A stretch of 64,000 nt of DNA from Eledone cirrhosa (taxonomy: Eukaryota). The stretch spans positions 52,328,001 to 52,392,000 of the forward strand of contig OZ024748.1 of assembly GCA_964016885.1 (NCBI GenBank). Direction: 5' to 3'. Below, in pieces: positions 56,812-64,000 of this stretch. The number at the start of each line of letters is the position of its first letter. Positions within the stretch are counted from its first letter, which is position 1. Under the pieces are notes generated by a model. It searched no databases. It worked only from the letters and a program-made list of their open reading frames with translations, and was not told the origin of the DNA. The position numbers and the translations under genes are program-made.

Positions 56812-58741
56812 GGGTCATTCCATGTCAAATCACCCAGAGGGTCCCAGGTCACCCCCTCAGATACTGCAGTATATATTTTTTAAAGTCTGATATATATTTT
56901 ATGAACCTCTATTTGATGAATTGTGAAATAATGTACAGTAAATATAAACACTGACATTGACAAACACACATGCATACATTTATATATAGGGCCATTCCAT
57001 ATCAAATCACCCAGTTTCAGGAAAATTTCCCAGGTCACCCAATCAGATACCCCCGATGAAAAAATCCATAGTAGCTCCTGTACCTATATGATGGGAAAAT
57101 ATCAAGTATTAGGTCAATATCTTTGAGTTTTGAAATTGTAGGCCTTTATATTACTAATCAATTTTACATTTTTTTTTCCGAATGACTCTCTTGGACCAAT
57201 TTGAGATAGCCATTTCTCCTCTAATAAAGTAAGCACAACTTTGAAATCATGTTTTTGGGGCTAACTTTTTCTGTAGAGTTCAGATATCGTATCAAATCAA
57301 GTGTATATTGTATATTTATCCATCTACAGGCCTCTGAAAATTACCAAAATGTATTAGTAACTTGTCTGCAGCTGTCTATTAAAAGTGCTCATGGATATGC
57401 CATATTTGTCATCAATGAATCAGTAGGTACTGTATTGAATAATTCAATGAAAGGCAATATAGTATTCTATCTTTGATTAAAATAAATTTATGTTGAATTT
57501 TTTGTGAATTCTAGGTGTTTATCATTTGTCTTATGTGTGGCTCTGTACACTATCATGTAAAACGTGGTTATGGATATACATGTAGTAGTTTGCCATTTGT
57601 TGAATAAATAAATGCCCATTAATTTAAAAGATGTTTATTTATACTCTATTTGAATAAATCACTGATGGATAAAATGCTGTTTTATATCCAGGCTTTATGA
57701 ATAAGTTGATCCTGTACAAAGCGCTGTCAACTGAATTTTTAAAAATTCACAACTCTGAAAAGAAGCTCAGCAACAAATCAAATTTCTGTCACATCTTCAG
57801 AAGTATAAGAATGCATGGTAAAAATTTAAAAATGATAGTAAACTGCCCACATGGTCAACTAAGGGCATCAAAATGGGCATTTCTTGAGAAATTTTGAAAT
57901 TGCACATATTTCAAAAAATTATTCCTACTCTCCCATAATAGTAACTAACATGGTTACTGCTTAGAAATGGTCTACTATATGCTAAGTAACAGGAAAAAAA
58001 TTGTGGTTGCTTTATCTAGTGCACTTATTGAGATGAAAATACCTAGAAGAGGCATACATTTGCTGTATGTTTAATTCTTGACAATTTTCAGAGGCTTGTA
58101 GATGGAAAAATATACTTGATTTGATAAGATATTTGAACTCTACAGAAAAAGTTAGCCCCAAAAACATGATTTCAAAGTTGTGCTTACTTTATTAGAGGAG
58201 AAATGGCTGTCTCAAATTGGTCCAAGAGACTTATTCGGAATAAAAAATGTAAAATTGATTAGTAATATCAAAGGCCTACAATTTCAAAACACAAAAATAT
58301 TGACCTAATACTTGATATTTTTCCATCATATAGGTACAGGAGCTAGTAAGAATAGGTGAGCTAGTATGAATCTTTTCAGGGGGATCTGAGGGGTAACCTG
58401 AAACTGGGTGATTTGATATGGTATAACCCTGTATATAAATGTATGCATGTGTTTGTCAATGTCAGTGTTTATATTTACTGTACATTGGTGGATTGGCAGT
58501 ATCGGTAGAGGGTCGGATGCTATGCTTTCTAGCATAGATACGTCCCTTTACAGTCTGAGTTCAAATCCCACTGAGATTAACTTTGCTTTTCATCCTTATG
58601 GGGGTCGATAAAATAAAGTAGCTGTAATGTAATGGAATAATTGCTGGCCTTGTGCCAAAAGTAGAAACAATTATTTCACAATTCGGCAAATAGAGATTCA
58701 TAAAATATATATCAGACTTGAAAAAATATGTACTGCAGTAT
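56812..58741. mobile_element. Non-autonomous DNA element with ~480-bp inverted arms
   Basis: Arms ~56861-57345 and ~58083-58741; inner termini GGGCCATTCCATATCAAATCACCCAG (56989) and CTGGGTGATTTGATATGGTATAACCC (58429). Superfamily not assigned. Confidence 0.8.
58487..58672 (+). mobile_element. SINE family B inserted in the right arm
   Basis: The left arm gives the empty site TACTGTACATT|ATTTCACAATTC. Confidence 0.88.
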
Positions 58742-59274
58742 GATACACTCATAACATGGATGTATATGAATATATATATATGAATATATATATATGTATA
58801 TGAATATATATATATAGATATATATATACATATATATATATATGTCAGTGTTGAACAAACGAGCAACGATGGTTGCTAGACACTACAGCTTAATACGCGA
58901 TGTTTGTTTACAAACACACCAAGCATTATAATAAATGTTCAGTGAATCCATACGTACATATATATATGTGTGCATGTATGTATATATATATACATACTAC
59001 TGTACGTCTGTATACATATATGTATGTACGTGTACATACTTATGTTTAAGTAACAGCCGTACTAAGTGTGGGAAATGAAATTTTGTTTCATTTTTTCCGT
59101 TTATATATATATATAAGTAATTGAGAATGGGATCCCAACAGGGTTTTGGAAATAACTAGATTTAAATAAGTTATTCGATACATTAGTAGAGAAAAAGAAT
59201 ATTTATTTCATATAGAAATGAAACGACTTCTACAGGACTAGAACTGTTTCATACATATGAAGTCATCAGAAGAT

Positions 59275-59480
59275 GACAGATGACAGCATGGTATCATCAA
59301 CATCAATGTAGAACAATTTGTGAAAAATTGCGAAAGTATTGATGAAGATAAAAGGCTGCAACAAAAGATTCACCAACTCAAACAAAGGCCTCGGCTGACC
59401 ATTTGATGTGAACTGTGTGAAGAACTTTTCTTAACAAAATTTCGTATTGCCAGTCAATACAGGAACCATCATAAATGAGA
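59275..59480 (+). mobile_element. Degenerate RTE-type C-terminal zinc-finger fragment
   Basis: CELCEELFLTKFRIASQYRNHHK resembles the CxxC..F..SHxRxH end of RTE/BovB-type ORFs. Confidence 0.4.
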
Positions 59481-59589
59481 AACATTTTACTGGAGAGTAT
59501 ACTCAGAAACAAGAAAGAACCAATGATATGCACACACATGTGCGTTCATGCATGCATGTGTGCGAGTAAATACAAAGGGGTAATTACCC

Positions 59590-59925
59590 CCCCATTGGTC
59601 ACAAATGATCATGGGTTTTGCACCTAAAATGTTCCCTCTCTGAAAACAAGCCTAGGTATGTATGGTGTCTTTGAGGAAAACCAGCAATCACCCATGCATA
59701 CCTCTCTCCCCACACCACATCAGCAATGTTGTCCAAGGGAATGGTAAAGGCCAATACAGCTTGGCACCAATCATGTCTCAACTCATTTCTATAGCTGAGT
59801 GAAGTGGAGTAATGTGAAATAAAGTGTCTTGCTCAAGGACACAATGCATTCTCCAGTCGCAGAATCAATCTCACAACCTCACAATTGTGAATCCAGCTAT
59901 CCAATCAGCAAGCCACATGCCTTCA
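59590..59925 (-). mobile_element. CORE-type SINE with another distinct tail
   Basis: AAGTGTCTTGCTCAAGGA core and GCCACATGCCTTCA head; tail unrelated to families A and C. Confidence 0.7.
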
Positions 59926-60067
59926 TATTATATATATATATTATTTTATATATATATATATATGATATCTACAGGACTAGAGCTGTTTCCTTTGTATGAG
60001 ATTGTCATGAAAGTTTTCCTGATGATATCATACAAATGAAGCAGTTTTAGGTCTGTAGAAGACATTG

Positions 60068-60132
<65 letters not shown>

Positions 60133-60305
60133 CATACCCCTCACATTACCACATACATAACCACATACACACCACCACATTCACAGAGCAACATACAACC
60201 AACATGCACACAATACAAACACACGCACACACATATATATATGTGTGTGTGTTTAGTATTTCCATAGAAAAGATAAAGGAAAGAAGAGTGCTCTATGTAT
60301 AGTAC

Positions 60306-60527
60306 AGAGCTATTTAATTACATAATAAACAACACAATATAATTATTTTGTTACCAAAGGTTTCAAGAAACTAGATGATTCTTGCAGAAACATCTAGCTT
60401 GTTCATCAGATAATTGTTTTGTCTGGGGAACAAGCTAGATGTGTCTACAAGAATCATCCAGCTTCTTGAAACCTTTGGTATTGAAATAATTACATTGCGT
60501 TGTTTATTATGTAATTTAAAAAAGAAC
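60306..60527. mobile_element. Fold-back element made of two head-to-head hammerhead motifs
   Basis: Minus: CTGATGA ACAAGCTAGATG..CATCTAGTTTCTT GAAA CCTTTGG TA ACAAAA. Plus mate: TTTTGT CTGGGGA ACAAGCTAGATG..GAAACCTTTGGTA. Confidence 0.75.
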
Positions 60528-60572
<45 letters not shown>

Positions 60573-60576
<4 letters not shown>

Positions 60577-60920
60577 TCATTTTCATCATCATTTCATTTT
60601 ACGTCCGCTTTTTCCCTGCTTGCAAGGGTGGGATGGGAACTGATTCTGGCTTGATTTCTACAGCTGGATGCCCTTCCTAACACCAACCTCATTGACAGTG
60701 AGTGCTGGGTGCTTTTTTGCCGTGGCACCTCCACGACCACTTTGCAGTGGAATGATATGGACCCCAGTCCCTATCATCTCATTTCTACAGCTGAGTAAAC
60801 TGGAGCAATGTGAAATAAAGTGTCTTGCTCAAGGAAACAACACATCACCTGGTCTGAGAATTGAACTCACAACCTTTCGATTGCAAGGCCAATGCTCTAA
60901 CCACTAAGCCATGTGCCTCC
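60573..60920 (-). mobile_element. SINE family A
   Basis: Full-length copy. Confidence 0.92.
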
Positions 60921-60947
60921 ATATATATATATATTATATATACATAA

Positions 60948-61009
60948 ACAGACAGGCAGGCAGTCCGACAGACAGGCAGGCAGGCAGGCAGACAGGCAGG
61001 CAGGCAGGC

Positions 61010-61054
<45 letters not shown>

Positions 61055-61081
61055 GGCAGGCAGACAGACAGGCAGGCAGGC

Positions 61082-61126
<45 letters not shown>

Positions 61127-61165
61127 GGCAGGCAGACAGACAGGCAGGCAGGCAGGCAGGCAGGC

Positions 61166-61206
<41 letters not shown>

Positions 61207-61245
61207 GGCAGGCAGACAGACAGGCAGGCAGGCAGGCAGACAGGC

Positions 61246-61286
<41 letters not shown>

Positions 61287-61380
61287 GGCAGGCAGACAGA
61301 CAGGCAGGCAGGCAGGCAGACAGACAGACAGACAGACAGACAGACAGGCAGGCAGGCAGGCAGGCAGGTAGATAGATAGA
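60948..61380. repeat. (CAGA/CAGG)n tetranucleotide satellite
   Basis: Direct reading. Confidence 0.97.
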
Positions 61381-61440
61381 TAGGCACATATAAGAGAATG
61401 TAGACAGACTGACAGAGACAAAAATATATATATATATATA

Positions 61441-61630
61441 TAGAATTGTATTTAATTTGTTGGAATTCCCACAAACATAAATGCTTATAACTGATTTAGA
61501 GCACTCAACAGATTAGTGGAGTAAATATTCCAAGATATTAAATAAATGGTTCCCTTGGTCGCCCTTGAAATATATATAATAAAATAAATATGGTTTTATA
61601 AATATAGTTTCCATTTATTTAATATCTTGG
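61441..61630 (+). mobile_element. PLE-like non-autonomous element (3860 family), hammerhead truncated
   Basis: Perfect inverted 20-mer CCAAGATATTAAATAAATGG; retains TGGTCGCCCTTGAAATATATATAATAAAATA. Confidence 0.75.
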
Positions 61631-61640
61631 TATATATATA

Positions 61641-62095
61641 GACAGTCCACGCTGTAATGTGGCCGTGTAGGCAACACGGTAAAAACCTCCCAGCCCCACA
61701 CTGTAAATGTGGTTGGTGTTAGGAAGGGCATCCAGCTGTAGAAAACCCGCCAGACAGTCCACGCTGTAATGTGGCCGTGTAGGCAACACGGTAAAAACCT
61801 CCCAGCCCCACACTGTAAATGTGGTTGGTGTTAGGAAGGGCATCCAGCTGTAGAAAACCCGCCAGACAGTCCACGCTGTAATGTGGCCGTGTAGGCAACA
61901 CGGTAAAAACCTCCCAGCCCCACACTGTAAATGTGGTTGGTGTTAGGAAGGGCATCCAACTGTAGAAAACCCGCCAGACAGTCCTATGCGAGCAAGACAA
62001 CCACTCTTGCCTCAAGTGGGAAAACTCCCGTCCAAACCCATGCAAGCGTGGAACACGGACGCTAAACCTGATGATGATGATGATGATGATGATGA
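61641..62095 (+). mobile_element. RTE-tailed non-autonomous element with 3 x 112-bp tandem units
   Basis: Units start at 61641, 61753, 61865; tail from 61977 to (GAT)n. Confidence 0.85.
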
Positions 62096-62107
62096 TATGT
62101 TATATAT

Positions 62108-62301
62108 AACGAAGGAAATGTGGTAAGGAACCAGATGGACCATAACGCACCAAAGTACTCAATACTTAGGGTAGTAGAGTGGGTAATATGAATGAGTAGG
62201 GCCCCAACGGCTGAGCTGAAGCCGTTTTGACGGCTAATTCTGGACATAATTAGCCGTCAAAATGGCTTGAGCTCAGCCGTCGGGGTCCTACTCGTTCATA
62301 T
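62108..62301. mobile_element. Hairpin-plus-tail element (7508 family)
   Basis: Arms 62186-62301; the tail matches 18790-18867. Confidence 0.8.
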
Positions 62302-62316
62302 ATATATATATATATA

Positions 62317-62542
62317 TCATTTCATCATCATCATTTCATTTTACGTCCGCTTTTTTTTCCTTGCTTGCAAGGGTGGGACGGGAACTGATTCTGGCTTGAT
62401 TTCTACAGCTGGATGCCCTTCCTAACACCAACCTCATTTACAGTGAGTGCTGGGTGCTTTTTTGCCGTGGCACCTACACGTCCACTTTACAGTGGAAGGA
62501 TATGGACCCCAGTCCCTATCATCTCATTTCTACAGCTGAGTA
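62317..62542 (-). mobile_element. SINE family A, 3' half
   Basis: Tail and RTE-like module; truncated in the core. Confidence 0.85.
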
Positions 62543-62939
62543 ATAGAATAGTGATAGAATAGTAATGGCTTGTGGTGTCTGTTAAAGACAAAGATGAAAT
62601 GAATGTGAAAATACACAATGTGAACAATTTGGTAAGAGTGTAAACGAGAGATTGCAGAATGATAGAATGACAAAGAAGGAGGCAAATAGACAGCAAAGTT
62701 AGTAATCCAGCTAAATAATAGACCTTTTGACGAATTAACCTTTTTTACACTGATAAGAACAAAGAGATTAATAGATTCTGAATCCAACACAAAGAAATGA
62801 TGATGATATCTATGTAATGAAACACTAGTTGATTTGTCTTTTCATTACCAAACATAAATACAAATGTACAAACACAGAGAGAAAGAGAGCAGTAGCAGTA
62901 GCAGGAAGAGGAGAAAGAGAAGGAGGTGGAGAAGAAGTA

Positions 62940-63155
62940 GGAGGCTGGTTGATCAGGAGGAGTGGGAGGAGGTTTTACTGATCAGGAGGAGGTTGGTTGG
63001 TTGGTTGGTTAGTTGATCAGGAGGAGTAGGAGGAGGTTGACTGATCAGGAGGAGAAAATGGTGGAGGAGGTTGGTTGATCAGGAGGAGGAGGGGGAGGGG
63101 AGGAGGTTGGTGGATCAGGAGGAGGAGGTGGATGGGGAGGAGGTTGGTTGATCAG
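62940..63155. repeat. GGTTGATCAGGAGGAG minisatellite
   Basis: About 7 degenerate units. Confidence 0.85.
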
Positions 63156-63579
63156 CAGGCAATGCATGCAAGATTATTTTGGTGCTCTGACCCAAGTAAT
63201 ATTGCATGTTCGATTTGCCATGACTACTCTTGTTACAGAAAACATTAAATAAGATTACTTGAAATGCAGTAAATAAGCTTGTTACAGTGTTTCAATGGAG
63301 ATATTATTGGAGACATCTATCTGAAGCATTGTAAAATGCAATAGTGTGTATCAATTATCATTGTTTATGACTTAGAAATAATACAACAATGACTGCTCTC
63401 AAAGTTTCCCTATAAAAGCTAGCATTACTAATTAATATTACTATTAGCCGTAGTTTTCTTTTTATGTTTTATTATGGGTGTTTTATCTCACATAAATTAC
63501 GTTTATCAAAGCCAACCTCTGATAGGAATTCAGAATGTACTGGTGTGTTATATTATATAAACATATACAGGGATATATA

Positions 63580-63580
63580 G

Positions 63581-63628
<48 letters not shown>

Positions 63629-63695
63629 ACATGTATACATATATATATATGTGTGTGTGTGTATGGGTGTGAATATATATGTGTGTGAATGTATG

Positions 63696-63759
<64 letters not shown>

Positions 63760-63859
63760 GGTGTGAATATATATGTGTATGTATGTATGTATATATATAT
63801 GTGTGTGTATGTGTGTGTATATGGGTGTGAATATATATGTGTGTATGTATGTATGTATG

Positions 63860-63892
<33 letters not shown>

Positions 63893-64000
63893 ATATGGGT
63901 GTGAATATATATGCGTGTATGTATGTATATATATATATATACATATGTGTGTGTGTATATGGGTGTGAATATATATGTGTATGTATGTATGTATATATAT
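63580..64000. repeat. (TA/TG) compound microsatellite with ATGGGTGTGAAT units
   Basis: Direct reading. Confidence 0.9.

Noticed and set aside
60845-61474. CLSV/RQTD repeat ORFs
   Set aside because: Translation of the (CAGA/CAGG)n satellite.

Overview
Very AT-rich, microsatellite-saturated animal genomic DNA (intergenic or deep intronic). I found no credible host protein-coding exon; almost every ORF in the track is a translation of (TA)n, (CA)n, (GA)n or (CAT/CAC)n runs or of SINEs. The repeat content (tRNA-headed CORE-type SINEs with RTE-like (ATG)n tails, MetaSINE-like elements, RTE, CRE and Penelope-like fragments, extreme microsatellite load) resembles an octopod cephalopod genome; this is inference. 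Recognisable elements: two abundant SINE families plus CORE-SINE variants with swapped tails; a young 5'-truncated Penelope-like element (PLE) with an open GIY-YIG frame (13161-14340) and a decayed PLE RT; mariner, piggyBac-like and long-TIR DNA-transposon relics; a probable Helitron; CRE and RTE fragments. The most notable signal is about ten unrelated 100-330 bp fold-back (palindromic) elements in (TA)n tracts. Several carry minimal type I hammerhead ribozyme motifs, canonical or with recurrent non-canonical cores, and their arms mirror copy-specific variants. This suggests a PLE-mobilised, ribozyme-bearing non-autonomous system. Also notable: an 89-bp satellite born from an RTE coding fragment.
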